Source: Epithemia pelagica (lineage: Eukaryota; Protista; Bacillariophyta). Taken from it: a DNA stretch of 64,000 nucleotides. The stretch's first letter is position 1. The number at the start of each line of letters is the position of its first letter. The notes beneath the pieces were generated by a model. It ran no database searches and was not told where the DNA came from. It saw only the letters and a list, made by a program, of their open reading frames with translations. This document shows, piece after piece, positions 1-11,767 of this stretch. A program made the position numbers and the translations under genes. Location of the stretch: positions 310,001 through 374,000 of the forward strand of contig OX337234.1 of assembly GCA_946965045.2 (NCBI GenBank). The letters run 5' to 3'.

Positions 1-318
1 CGTCTTACACGATTCTGCTCCAGATAGATGCAGCGTGAAACTACCACAGACTCATTGAGATTTTTACTTCTTGACGTAGAGTAAATTGCAGATACCAGAA
101 ACTATCAGACTTTTGCATGGCCGGCCCTCGCCAAAAGCTCTCTATCTCTTGGCGATGGCCATGCCCATATTGTGATTGATTGTCTCACTCATTCATCTCC
201 TCCCGTTCTCGATCCCATCATCTCTCCTTATTGGATCTACTATTCTCGATTGCAAGAAGAAATCCTGTTCAGTCTGTTTGGTGCGCGCACAAGACAACAA
301 CCACACTAAAACGAGAGT

Positions 319-1387
319 ATGCAGCAACCACAAGCACAACATGCCTCTGGAACAGGTGCCGCAACGCAGCATCCTGCTCCCCACAATTACCACTCCACCA
401 CCACGACAACGGCAACGACAACACCGGCATTGAATTCCTCCGCGTCTCGATTTGCGGCTGCGGCAGCCGCACCGCCCGCAGCGCATTCCGTCTCGCCTCC
501 TTCGCATGCCAGTACTACGACCACTGCCACTGCTGCGGTAAGTGTTTCCCATTATTTGGTGTGGTTTCACATCTTCCTGTTTGGTGTATCATGATGGAGA
601 GCATTGATTGGATTGGAATTTCTGATTCGTTCGTTCTCGACGTCTCTTTTTGGTTCTTCTCTTGTTTGAAATCTACCCTCTGCAGCAATCGCACAACCAC
701 AACAACTTTTCTGCCGCATCTTCTCCCGATGCTGCTGCTCCAGCCGTCAGCAAAAAGGAAGAATTTCGTCGCTTTTTGGAAAAGACGGGTGTTTTAGATG
801 CCTTGACCAAAGTGTTGGTCGGGTTGTACGAAGAACCGGAACGACCGGCCAATGCCGTCGATTATGTGCGACGCTATTTGGGACCCGCCGCCGCAACAAC
901 CAATACTACTAGTACCAACCACAACCACACCAATACGAATACAAGCTTGGCCACTTCCTTGGCAACCGCCGCTGCCGCCACGTCCGCTGCCTCGACAACC
1001 ACCACTGCTACGCCAGCCACCACCACCACAACGACCAATGTCGATGTGGTGGGTTTGCAACGAGAAAATGAAGAATTAAAGGCCCGATTGGAACGACTCA
1101 AACAACAATTGTACGAACGGAATACGAATACTTCAGCTGCAGCGGCTGCGACGAGTAGTGCGAATCCCTCAACCACCACCAATCCTACCAACAACGCCAA
1201 CAACAACAATAATCTTCCGTCTCCCTCCTATCGACATCAAGCGGCCAAGGGAGGAGGTGGCCATTCTCATGGGCATCACCATCATCATAACCACCATCAT
1301 CACAATCGTCACAAACAGCAGCAGCAGACACAAGCTACCAAACAAGCAGCCTCGTCGTCGTCGTTGAAGTCTTCTTCCAGACAATAA
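319..1387 (+). CDS. c-Myc-binding protein (MYCBP/AMY-1)-like protein, 2 exons: join(319..537,686..1387)
   Basis: Core SKKEEFRRFLEKTGVLDALTKVLVGLYEEPERPANAVDYVRRYLG matches the MYCBP family, followed by a coiled coil (LQRENEELKARLERLKQQL). GTAAGT donor at 538 and TGCAG acceptor ending at 685 join ORF 319.. and ORF 650.. in phase 0 (148 bp intron). Confidence 0.85.
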
Positions 1388-1707
1388 CACCACCACAATG
1401 TTCAACGAAAGGGGTCTTTGTGTATCATACCTACTACAAAATACAGTGTGTATTCTAGAATTTATAAATCAAGAGCTTTATCACGAGTCGTCGTCTTTTT
1501 CCAACAAACAGCGCATTCTCGTTTATGGTCGCATCATCATGAGCGCTTTTCTTCCTTTGAACTGTGGAGTCTCGTTCTATACTTTGTGGACCTTCTTTGT
1601 TGCGAAAAGAATCCTCTTGACCATCTCGCTCATGTTTAGACAAGTTGAAGACCTTGAGAGGTTTTAGACACATGGACAGAGACTGTTGGAGCACATGGAC
1701 ATGGAAA

Positions 1708-2478
1708 CTAATTGCCATTTGCCTTCCGCTTCTTGTAGGGGTTGACCTTGTCCAACAGGGGCTTGGACTTTTTCGTGATTGAAATTTCTGGCCCCGCCCG
1801 TGTCCACAGGTCGTCAAGCTCTGCCAAAAGGCCCGATGTGTCATAGTCTGGACCAAGAAGCACACCGTGTTTCGTATGACGGAGGCGGGATGCATAGGTG
1901 TAGTTGTACGACCCAATCATGGTTCCAGCAGTGGTCACCATGACGTTCGAATGAGAATACTTGGAGGAATGGCCGACCGCCTCATCTCGACCATATCTCT
2001 TGACGTGTAGACGAGCGACAGCTTTTTCACGGCTGGAATCTTGGCCCACAAACGATTCAAACGTTTCCAGCACCCAGGTCTTGGGGCCTAGAAGAATGTT
2101 CACGTCAAGGTCCGACACGTTGGCGTCCGCATAGTAACAAAGTTCGTCGACTACCATAAAATCAGTGAGGAAGGGAATGGAGATAAAGACCACGGACCTC
2201 TTGGCTGCAGCTTTCAGCAAGTGCACAAACGCGACAAAGGGGTGCTGGTCATGCGCATAGGATGATTCGTCACTGCTGCAAGTCAAGCGAGCTCCCGTAT
2301 GAAGAACAAGGGGTCGGTCGGCGGCGATTTCAGCCTCCTGAGCACTTTCACCGGCGCTTGGGAACAGCCAGTTCCGATTCACAAAACGGCCGTGGTCTCC
2401 AACCCAATCTGCTGCTTCTTGCTATTCTCTCTCGTATGCGAGATCAATAAACTCGTCTGCTTCACAACGGTTGTCCAT
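1708..2478 (-). pseudogene. PLD-superfamily (Nuc/Zucchini-like, single HKD-type motif) protein with premature stop
   Basis: Motifs FISIPFLTD and HSNVMV...MIGSYNYTYASRLRHTKHGVLL resemble the PLD HxK...GSxN(x)T...E motif. An in-frame ATG at 2478 (MDNRCEADEFIDLAYERE) is followed by TAG at 2424-2422, and the frame then stays open to 1708. Confidence 0.6.
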
Positions 2479-3152
2479 GGTTCAAACGCAACCACAACAG
2501 GTTGTTGTAATCACAGTGTGGGGGGATGTCTAGAGCGCGACGCGCGCTCAAAATCCTCGACCGTCACGGAAACGCCTATGGGTCGCCTTAAGTATGGAAG
2601 AAGGAGTATTAGCTATAGAGCAACTTTAGGAATACGGTGGCAAGCAAGCGGATGGTTTCCGGACACAATAATCATTCCCTTTATAGACTACTTATCATAT
2701 TATAGAGTCTCCACTATATATAAGATCTGTTGTTCTGTTCGCCCTACGAGCTCAGTTGGAAAGACGCGTCAATTTCCATGCTCTATGGAAACACAAACTC
2801 CATCATATGTGGATGGAAAAAGACTCCTAAAGAGAACGGCACAACACCGCACAGCATGATTGTTCCTGGCACAACCTGTGTGACCTTTTTTCTCTGTTGT
2901 GAACGAATCCCTAGAGCTATGCATCTCGTTGTTGCATCGGAAACGGGGGTTTTGGGTTTGGTGATGGAATGGATGGATGGTCGTTCGTTTGTCCCCCAAC
3001 AACAACAAGAACAACAACACAGGTGGATGAGATAAACCACCAAAACGGTTTGTCGTCGCCACCACACAATGCGCCGGTACACACGATGAGCTGGTGGTGG
3101 TTATGTTGGTGGGTTGTTGTTGTTGCTTGTTTGTTCTCATTGTCTCGTGGTA

Positions 3153-5042
3153 CTATGAGGAGGGCGGTTTCTTCTTGGTGGTGCTGCCAGTCTTGTCGTC
3201 GTCGTCGTTCGTCGTCCCCCCAAATACGGTTTGAAACAAGCGTGTGGCGGCCACACGAGCCGGTAATGGTGGATCGTCATTGTCGTTCTTGTCGTTTTGT
3301 TGTTGTTGTGGCGGCAACAAAGTCGTTTGCACATGTTGCTGGACTTGGGCTCCCAAGGCATGCCACATCCAATAGTCGTTTTGGGCCCGGCGTCGCGTCT
3401 CCCACGCACCCGAACGTTGACGATGCGCGGCGACTTGGCACAGGGCCGTCCACAAGTCGGCCAAGCCTTGACCGGTATGAGCACTGACGGTTCGGACGCG
3501 AGGAGAGGAATGGTGGTGGCAACTACTGGAGGACAGCTGCGACGACACGGAGAGGGCAGCTTGATAGTCGGCGGCCGTCGTTTGCGCTACCGATTCCAAG
3601 GCTCCATCGGCCTTGGTGACACAGACGACATCGGCCACTTCCAAAATACCCTTTTTGGCGCCTTGCAAGGCATCGCCACCGCCGGGTGGAATGAGCAACA
3701 GTGTCACATCGGAAACTTGGGAGACGTGGACTTCGGATTGTCCCACTCCCACGGTTTCAATCAAGAGGACGGGAGGTGGTGGTACTACGGATGAGGTCGT
3801 GGTGTTGTTGGACGTGGAGGAATCGGAGGATCCATCAGTCGTCTTGATAGAGTCCGGTCCCTCTTCTGTATTGACGTGGTCCTCCAATCGATGTGCTTGT
3901 TGTTGTTGTTGTTGTTGTTGTTGTGCTTGTTGTTGTTGCAGTTGTGCTTGTGATTCCAATACCGTCGTCAACAGTTGAACGGTATCGTACGTTTTACTGC
4001 CCGCCAAACCTCCCAAGGTTCCGGCCGACGACGGGACGGGTCGAACCAATACAGCCGGGTGACGGGCCAATTGGGGCATGCGCGTGACATCGCCCAAAAT
4101 GGATCCCCCCGATACCACACTGCTCGGATCGACACAGAGGACGGCCAGTTGCAAGAATGATAATGATGATGAGGAGGAGGAGGAATGGGTGGAAGTTCCT
4201 GCTGGATTCAATGTTTCGTCCGACGACGACGACAAGGACGACGACAAGACATGCAATCCCAAGGCTTCAATCAAGGTGGATTTTCCGGCTCCGGGAGGTC
4301 CGGCAATGCCAATCCGCAAGACTTGGCGATTGAGTTGCGGTTTGTATTGGTGTTGTTGGTGTTGTTGTTGTTGTTGTTGAAGATAGAGGAGCAAGGCCGT
4401 GCCTTGAGCTTGTGGGGTCGGTGCGTGACTTTCCAACAAGGTAATGGCTTGCGACAAGGCGCGTCGAAAGGTGGCATACGAATCATACGATACCGAGTCG
4501 TTGTCGTCTGGTGATGATGATACTGAAGATGATTGGGAGGAGTTACTCATCTTCTTGTTGTTGTTGTTGTGGTTGTTGTTGTGGTTGGGGACAGAACCAC
4601 CTGTAAGAAGAAGGACATTGGCCATGGCCCGTGTCGTGGCATGCAAGTGTCGAATTTCATCTTCCTCTTCTTCGTCCTGATTGTTGTCGTTGTTGTTGTT
4701 GGTACGAGGAATTGTGAAAGTTCGAATCCCAGTGTCCCGTTCAAGACGAGCCGTGGTGGTGAATGGTTGTTGTTGTTGTTGTTGTTGCCGCCGTACCATA
4801 CGATCGTTCCAGGCACATTCCAACGGTTCACGCATTCTTCTTCTTCTTGTTGTTCGTTTGGTTTGTTGATCCCATGAAACAGCCGAATCCGAATCTTGGG
4901 GGGACAGTGGTGTTGTTGCTCTAGTAGTAGTTGTGGAATAATAATAATAATGGCAGCGACCGTGTCTCGAGGCATTCGACGACAAGGGAGCCACCACCCC
5001 CCTGGGCCACCACAAATTCCAAGGAGGACAACAAGGCCTCAT
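3153..5042 (-). CDS. MMAA: MMAA/MeaB/ArgK-family GTPase (methylmalonyl-CoA mutase chaperone), probably mitochondrial
   Basis: RIGIAGPPGAGKSTLIEALG (P-loop), VDPSS..SGGSILGDVTRM, LIETVGVGQSE, GGGDALQGAKKGILEVAD, TKADG, VSAHTGQGL. The first ATG in the frame is at 5042 (inferred start). Low-complexity polyQ/S/T insertions are present. Confidence 0.92.
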   Translation of the reverse strand: MRPCCPPWNLWWPRGVVAPLSSNASRHGRCHYYYYSTTTTRATTPLSPQDSDSAVSWDQQTKRTTRRRRMREPLECAWNDRMVRRQQQQQQQPFTTTARLERDTGIRTFTIPRTNNNNDNNQDEEEEDEIRHLHATTRAMANVLLLTGGSVPNHNNNHNNNNKKMSNSSQSSSVSSSPDDNDSVSYDSYATFRRALSQAITLLESHAPTPQAQGTALLLYLQQQQQQHQQHQYKPQLNRQVLRIGIAGPPGAGKSTLIEALGLHVLSSSLSSSSDETLNPAGTSTHSSSSSSSLSFLQLAVLCVDPSSVVSGGSILGDVTRMPQLARHPAVLVRPVPSSAGTLGGLAGSKTYDTVQLLTTVLESQAQLQQQQAQQQQQQQQQAHRLEDHVNTEEGPDSIKTTDGSSDSSTSNNTTTSSVVPPPPVLLIETVGVGQSEVHVSQVSDVTLLLIPPGGGDALQGAKKGILEVADVVCVTKADGALESVAQTTAADYQAALSVSSQLSSSSCHHHSSPRVRTVSAHTGQGLADLWTALCQVAAHRQRSGAWETRRRAQNDYWMWHALGAQVQQHVQTTLLPPQQQQNDKNDNDDPPLPARVAATRLFQTVFGGTTNDDDDKTGSTTKKKPPSS

Positions 5043-5737
5043 GGTTGGTTGGTACGATGGAACACTGCCCGGGGTGTCGTTGTACCAGTGCGTGGCGTCG
5101 TGTCGTCTCGTTCGAGTCGCCGCCCCCCAAACTGGGAACCCACAGCGAGAACCAAACCAACGGTTGCCACGCGAGACAGGGCCAATCTCTCTCTCTCTCT
5201 TTCCCTCCCGGATACTCTTCCAGTCACAACAACAACACACACCGAAACCAAACAACAGAACCAACCAGAAAGGCCTCTTTGGTTGTTGTGATCCACACAA
5301 TCCACAAAGGTGAATGAAACATGTGTCCCATCCTGTTGCGCGACCGGGTGTTTCTCGCTCTCCGGTCGCGGAAAGGTCCTCATTTTAAAATGGTTGTTGA
5401 AGATCCATATTATATTATATCAATTATCAATTACTCGTACAAGCAGGATCAATCGTCGAAAGCCTCACCTCTTCGTCAGTTCACAGAAGAACAGGAAGGA
5501 TCCCGAACAGCATGTTGAAGTGGTACTGATGTCTGACAGAAATCCGGTCTCAACCGTCGTGCGTGCGTCTGCCGTCCTTACGTACTATTGTACGTACTCG
5601 TACTCGTTACTCGTACCTCCTACTACTTCTTACTACTCACGATCCACGAGAGCAATATCCAGTCCCACGTCCCGAAATGGGTCGCCCTTCAAGTCAGAAC
5701 AGGCTGAGGTTCGAAAGTTTCGTGAATTGCCACGCAC

Positions 5738-6305
5738 ATAGTTCAATGGTCTTCTCACCGTTCGGACGCTGGCTTGTTGCGTCTGTTGAGGATTGATTAT
5801 TGATTATTGGTCCATTGAAGCGAATGGATGATAGTTAGAGGTGGGACCCGCACCACGGTGCTGCGGATCGGATCCGCGGATCCGCGGTGCGGATCCCTGG
5901 AGCCGCAACGAAAGAGACTGGCGGGTCCGATCCGCGCTACCCGCACCGGGCACTGATTTGGTGCTTTCTAGGTCTGCCTGCCAGTACGTCAAATTTGTGC
6001 AGAGTACATAAAATCCAATAGTAGTGCGGAACTGCGGAACACGCGGGTATTTGGACCCGCGATGGCTGGGATGCGCGGTTAACCTACCCGCATCGATTTG
6101 AGCTCGCGGGTCCAGCCTCTTATGATAGTTCATCTGTCTTCTCCCCGTTCGGACGCTGGCTTGTTGCGTCTGCTGAGGATTGATTATTGATTATCGGTCC
6201 ATTGAAGCGAATGGATGATAGTTCAACTGTCTTCTCCCCGTTCGGACGCTGGCTTGTTGCGTCTGTTGAGGATTGATTATCGGTCCATTGAAGCGAATGG
6301 ATGAC
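5738..6305 (+). repeat. Three-copy ~90 bp tandem repeat, with a MITE at the end of the first copy
   Basis: The unit ...CCGTTCGGACGCTGGCTTGTTGCGTCTG(T/C)TGAGGATTGATTAT...GGTCCATTGAAGCGAATGGATGA recurs at ~5758, ~6146 and ~6238. Confidence 0.9.
5837..6121. mobile_element. Non-autonomous MITE, 285 bp, 15 bp imperfect TIRs, 9 bp TSD (Mutator-like by TSD length)
   Basis: Left end AGAGGTGGGACCCGC (5837-5851) versus reverse complement of 6106-6120, AGAGGCTGGACCCGC. ATGATAGTT flanks both sides (5828-5836, 6122-6130) and occurs once in the neighbouring uninterrupted repeat copy. The interior is GC-rich with GGATCCGCGG subterminal repeats. Confidence 0.85.
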
Positions 6306-6777
6306 AGCAGACTCTTTGGTTGTGTGCGTTGTGCTCGTTTGTGGATGCAGATGATTCCTGCTTCTTTCTTACACAGCATCATCGACCGCGCAACCAAAGA
6401 ACAACCTACGTCTCTCTCTGCTAGATCGTGGATCATCTCCTTGGAAGTGCTCCGTCACACTGCGTGTTATGTCATCCTCTGTTATCATTCTTATCGGTGG
6501 GAGGACGAGAGAAGTTTCCAGAAACAGTGTCCATTCCAGCTCATCCTCCTCCTCTTTGATCTTGGATAGAATAATACCCTTGGGACACCGAGGGGGGTGG
6601 CAAGCACTTGTGCAATCAAACTGTAACCACAACAACAACAACCCAACAAGACCCGAACAAAGAAAGAGAGTCGCCCATTGATTGGCCAGAAGAGAACGAG
6701 AACCCTTTTGTGTGTTCACCGTTGTCTCTCTCTTTTTCTCAGTACTACAAAACAAAAACCACAACCACCACCGCACC

Positions 6778-9700
6778 ATGTCGTCATCGTCGTCGTCGTC
6801 CCAAGCAACCACCACCACCACGACAAGGAGCTCACCACCACCTTCTTCTCCTCCTCCTTCTTCTCATGGTCCTCGCCAACGGCGTGTCTTTACCAAGGCC
6901 GACTTGGCCGTTTTGGACTTGGTCCAACATCCCATTCACATTTTTGATGTCCAACACAAGCTCATGTGGTGGGCCAATCATGCCGCCATTCAAACCTTGT
7001 GGCAGGCGAGCAGTTTGGAGGAATTGCTGGCGCGCGATTTTGGATCCGACATGAGCTTGGCCACCGAACGACGCTTGCAAGAATACCTTCGACGCTTTCA
7101 ACAACACGAAGCAGAAGAAGCAGCACAACCAGAAGACGAATCCACGAGTCGTAGTACTAGCAAAACAACAACGACAGTCATTCGCGATCAATGGACCTTT
7201 TATCCCAACAATGGACAATATCAAGTCACGGCCCAATTGTCCCTCTCTCCCATTTACATTCAAAATGATGACGATCCAAATCAAGAGCCTTATATGGCAC
7301 TGTTGAATGAATCGGATTTGCATTCCTTGCTCGTGCAACCCAACCAAGAAGCACCACAACAAGAAGCACCACAACCGCAAGAAGCACAATGGACTGCGAT
7401 GCAGGGTGAGTCACCATCCTCCACCCTACCCACAACCACAGCCGAGGAGGACGATCACAATCCTAGTACTACGACTACTACTTCCAGTGTTGGTTCCACT
7501 CCTACGACTTGTTGTAGCCCAAAAGACGAGACCCCGCAGCAAGTCGTGGCCGCCCAAGGCTTGCGCGGTGTGGAACTGCTGCGGCATTTGCCCGTGGCCG
7601 TGTCGCAATTTACCGTGCAAGGCCGGCTCATGGATCAAAATCCTCAAGCCCAACATTGGTTTGGAGATATCCCGGACGACAATAGCAACCCAAACCAAAC
7701 ATTTGAATCGGACTGGCATGGCCGCTTTGTCTGTCCCGAGTTGGCCCAGCAAGTCTTGCAAGCCGTTCAACAAGGACGCGAGACGCAAGTCGAAGCCCAA
7801 CAGTATTATTGGACGACTACGACTACTAGTAATAGTACGGAGGACGACACTTCCGTATCCCCCAAACACTCACAACCTCAACGAGTCCGATCCAAGGGAT
7901 GGTTTGCCTTGGAGGTCCGACCCTGGCAAGATCCCGTCACTCTTCAACCCGTCCTCTTGTACAGTGCCGTGGACGTCACTCAAGTTCGACAGGCCCAGGA
8001 AGCGGCTCAACACGCCAATGCCGAAAAATCTCAACTCTTGGCCGTTTTGGCGCATGAAATCAAGACACCCTTGCATCAAATGGTGGGCTTTATCGACCTC
8101 TTGCTCGATAGCAGTAGCAGCAGCAGTACCAATCACACCAATGACAACACTGCGGCAAGTTTCAACCGCGTGTCCAGTCCGTCCTCAGCATCCGCATCGC
8201 TCCAATCGTCCAAACTCCAACGAAGAAGTACGCATGGTTCCATGAACGACTTGCTCTTGGCGGCAGCCACCGCTGCTGCCGCAACTTCTTCCTCCTCCTC
8301 CACAACAAATTCCTTGCAGTCCGAATCCGCCGACCAGTTGCCCTTGGTTCCTCGTCCCGAACCTTCGTCGTCGTCGGTCTTGTCGGAGGAACAATTGGAA
8401 TTTGTCCAGTGTTTGCAAACCAGTTCCGTCTCCTTAATGACCATTATCAATCATGTGCTTGAATTTACCAAGTTGGAAGCGGGACAAGTCGAACTGCAAG
8501 AGGTAGGTACTTGCTGCCAGCGTTGGCAGGATGCTAGAGCAACGACATGTGTGTGGGGACCTTGTCTCATTCTGCTACTGGTTGCCTTTTATGTGTGTGT
8601 TCCTTGTGTTTTGAAAAAACCGATACCAATAGATCCCCTTTGATCCACGGGGTGTTTGCGAAGGTTGCATGGAAGTCGCACGATCCATGGCGGATAAGAA
8701 GGGTTTGGCCCTCCATTTGCACCATGACTCAACAACAACGCCATTACCACCACAACTCCACAGCGACGACCAAGCCTCCATGAAGAGTGCCGACCACCGG
8801 CAGTCCTCCCGCCGAAAAAGTCTAATGCCCAATGGTGTCCTGGGAGATCCCAACCGGATACGACAAATACTCTTGAACCTCTTATCCAATGCCATTAAAT
8901 TTACCGACCAGGGCAGCATTCGCTTGACGGTTCGGACCCTGTCCTACGAAACCGACCACAACCAGCAGCAGCAACAACAACAAGTCCTCGAATTTGTCGT
9001 TCAAGATACCGGCATTGGGATTCGTCCCCAAGATGTCACTCACATTTTCAAAAAGTATACGCACGCTCCCTCTCATGACAGTGTAGCCATGGAATCGGGT
9101 GGAACGGGTTTGGGATTGAGTATTTGTCATACCTTGGCCGAGGCCATGAATGGGACATTGACGGTCGACAGTGAATGGAAGGTGGGCTCCACGTTCACCT
9201 TGCGTATCCCCGTACGCATGGACCGAGGTCCGACTCCTCCTCTGGTCATGGAGGATAAGGCGAGTGCCTATGGTCCGGAGGAGGAACAGCCATTCCAACC
9301 ACAGCAATCCTCATCACCGCCCACCCAAAAGTCAACTTCGTTGTTGCGGCGCGAACCACAACAACAACAACGTCCTCTACGTATATTGGTTGTGGAAGAC
9401 AACAAAATGAATCAAAAATTGATTCGCGCCATGTTATCACGAGCTCTTTCCAGTAGGGACACGATTACGATTGTGGACAATGGGCAAATGGCAGTCCATG
9501 AATTGCAACGACTGCGTCCTTCGCCAGCACCCGGTGCTGCACAGGACGACAACAACATCGACGACATGTCGTCGTCGTGTCCGTATGATTTGGTCTTTAT
9601 GGACATTCAAATGCCCGTTCTCAATGGGTTGGATGCCACCCATCAAATCCGAACCGCGTTGGGGTGGAGCCCCGAGGACTTGACCATTGTCGGAGTCACG

Positions 9701-9841
9701 GCCAGTTTTCAAACCGCCGACCGGCAGCTGTATGTGGCCGCTGGAATGAACAATTGCATTGGCAAACCCGTACGATTTCACGTTCTCCAAAGCATTGTGC
9801 AACAAGTGCGACAGGAGCGAAACGAGAAACAAGATATATAG
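6778..9841 (+). CDS. Hybrid sensor histidine kinase (2 PAS-like + HisKA + HATPase_c + receiver), 2 exons: join(6778..8502,8633..9841)
   Basis: H-box LAVLAHEIKTPLHQMVGFIDLL; N-box GDPNRIRQILLNLLSNAIKFT; DTGIGI; GGTGLGLSIC; receiver ILVVEDNKMNQ / LVFMDIQMPVLNG / IGKP. GTAGGT donor at 8503 and AATAG acceptor ending at 8632 join ..ELQE|IPFDPRGVCEGCMEV.. in frame (130 bp intron). ATG at 6778. Confidence 0.93.
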
Positions 9842-10202
9842 CGATGCTCGATCGAAGCCAGACCAATGATCCTGCATTGTCAGGGGTATTTGTGGAACAG
9901 TGAACGTGGAGAGTGCTCGGCTCTGCACCTCCATGGTGGTGGCAGTCGCGTACCTCTGTTTCTTCCATACGGATTGGTATGTGCCCGTCTCAGAGTCGGA
10001 AGAAAAAGGTGCGTCCATTTCCATTCGGAGTGCATACTCTATACACTCCTTCGGAGCGAACCAAAAGCTCGCCAATACAGAGTCTCCGGTGAGAGAAAAC
10101 CGCAGCGGAGGCTGTGTGGGACGTTTCCTCGCTTCATACTCCACAACATTGTGACAGCTCTTGTGGCCAGGTACCAGTTTCATTATTATTATCATCCCAA
10201 CC

Positions 10203-11390
10203 ATGTGGATGTTTCGCAACCTCCGCTTTCGTCGACGACGACAACCACGAGAACAGCAAGAAGAGCGGAATGGCAGAGACCAAGTCAGTCGAGTACGTCA
10301 TGGTACTAGTGGGAAGCGCAAACAAGAGATCCAAAAGACAAGCGATCCTGAGGGCAATCCGGATTTGGCATTGTTACCGACAGGAAGTTCGGGTGATACA
10401 GGGGACGAAACAACGACGAGTACGGTGCCAGGTTTGAGCCATTCGAGTAACAGTTCGAGCCGAGACCACGACAGTGGTTCCGTTCGGGGAGAAGAAGACG
10501 TTTCATCCCATTTCTCTTCTCAACGGCCTGTTCCGAATCCAATTGTACACACCAGCCACTCGTCTGCACCACAGCATGCTGCCACGCCCGAGTACCGTCT
10601 TGGAGGCCGACCGCCGCGGTATCCGGCCAAGGTCCCGTCTCGTCGTTCCTCAACTCACGTGGACCAGCATTCGTTTGGTTTGTTTCCTGTTCCATTGAGA
10701 AACAAACAAGCCTTGTTCGATCAGTCCTTGTACGAAGAGGACGACGAAGATTCGGACGATGAAGATTCAGAAGAAGACTACCCAGACAGTGCTTCCGACG
10801 AAGATATGGAAATGGATCGTACGACGCTGGCCGTGGCTAATTTTTCCTACCAGAGCACCCAGAAGGATCGTTTGTCCACTCCGCGGTACCACCCTCCTCC
10901 TCCTACGACGTCTTCGCGTCTACCAAGAACTGCACCCGGTCAATTGGATGCCTTTGTGCAACGACACCATCGTCCTCCCAAATTTCGCGATGACGTGGAC
11001 GATGAGGATGCCGTATCGGTCCGGAGTGCCGCCGAATTGGCCGCCGCTTGGAAACTCAAGGCCTGGGCCAAGGAACACGATTCCTTGGCCTTGGGTGCCG
11101 CCGTAGCTCGTGCCGCAGCAGAAGCCGAGTGGGATGGCAACCACTCCGTGTCGTCCAGAAGCACCAGAAGTAGTCGTGGCCCATCCATGAGGAATCGTCC
11201 CACCACAACGACTCCCAAATCCATCTTGTCGTCGTCACCGTCGTGTGGTGTTGGCAGTGCCGGCCACACGACTCCAACCCACCCTTCCTACTATTACTAC
11301 TCTTGTATGGACCAACCGTCCTTGGGAATACGACAAAATTATGGTCAACACCCTCCCGAAACTGTCGAATCGTCATTTATGGAAGTGTAA
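10203..11390 (+). CDS. Hypothetical, largely disordered protein
   Basis: Long single open frame from ATG 10203. It has acidic and Ser/Thr tracts and one ordered-looking helical patch (AAELAAAWKLKAWAKEHDSLALGAAVARAAAEAEW). No family recognised. Confidence 0.65.
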   Translation: MWMFRNLRFRRRRQPREQQEERNGRDQVSRVRHGTSGKRKQEIQKTSDPEGNPDLALLPTGSSGDTGDETTTSTVPGLSHSSNSSSRDHDSGSVRGEEDVSSHFSSQRPVPNPIVHTSHSSAPQHAATPEYRLGGRPPRYPAKVPSRRSSTHVDQHSFGLFPVPLRNKQALFDQSLYEEDDEDSDDEDSEEDYPDSASDEDMEMDRTTLAVANFSYQSTQKDRLSTPRYHPPPPTTSSRLPRTAPGQLDAFVQRHHRPPKFRDDVDDEDAVSVRSAAELAAAWKLKAWAKEHDSLALGAAVARAAAEAEWDGNHSVSSRSTRSSRGPSMRNRPTTTTPKSILSSSPSCGVGSAGHTTPTHPSYYYYSCMDQPSLGIRQNYGQHPPETVESSFMEV

Positions 11391-11767
11391 GCAATGTACG
11401 AGAGTGCAAACGATGGTGTCTGTACGAGTCTATGGAGTGTGTAGTACCTAGTCAATATAGTGTGGATCGTCAAACCATGTCAGTGTAGACCTTTTGGATT
11501 GGGAATCGAAAACGTTTCCTATTAGAAACAACCGAATCTCGAAATGCCAAGGGTATATAACTATATACCCTGCGTATGGTTTTCTATAGAAAAGAAAGTG
11601 GTTGGTGGTGTGGTTGTTTTTTGGTGTAGCTCGATTCAGACCCGACCGAAACACTCATTTGAAATGTCCACGTTCTATTCCGATTGCACATCAATTGAGA
11701 CATACCAATAGAATGTATTCTGGAGTAGTGGCGGTACCATGCGTACTGTTTTTCTTGTCGTCTGTTC

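Noticed and set aside
5043-5300. N-terminal 86 aa of the ORF-track MMAA protein
   Set aside because: It starts at a non-ATG codon and includes a (CT)n/(AG)n promoter-type microsatellite. The first ATG is at 5042.
5738-6305. Repeat-spacer-repeat pattern resembling a CRISPR array
   Set aside because: The units are ~90 bp and contiguous, the single 'spacer' is a TIR/TSD-bounded MITE, there are no cas genes, and the context is eukaryotic.
6682-6777. ORF-track start of the histidine kinase
   Set aside because: TTG start in pyrimidine-rich UTR-like sequence. ATG 6778 (ACCATG) is preferred.
9437-10309. 260 aa minus-strand and 147 aa plus-strand ORFs between the kinase and the unknown gene
   Set aside because: Largely antisense to the kinase exon or intergenic, with no recognisable motifs.
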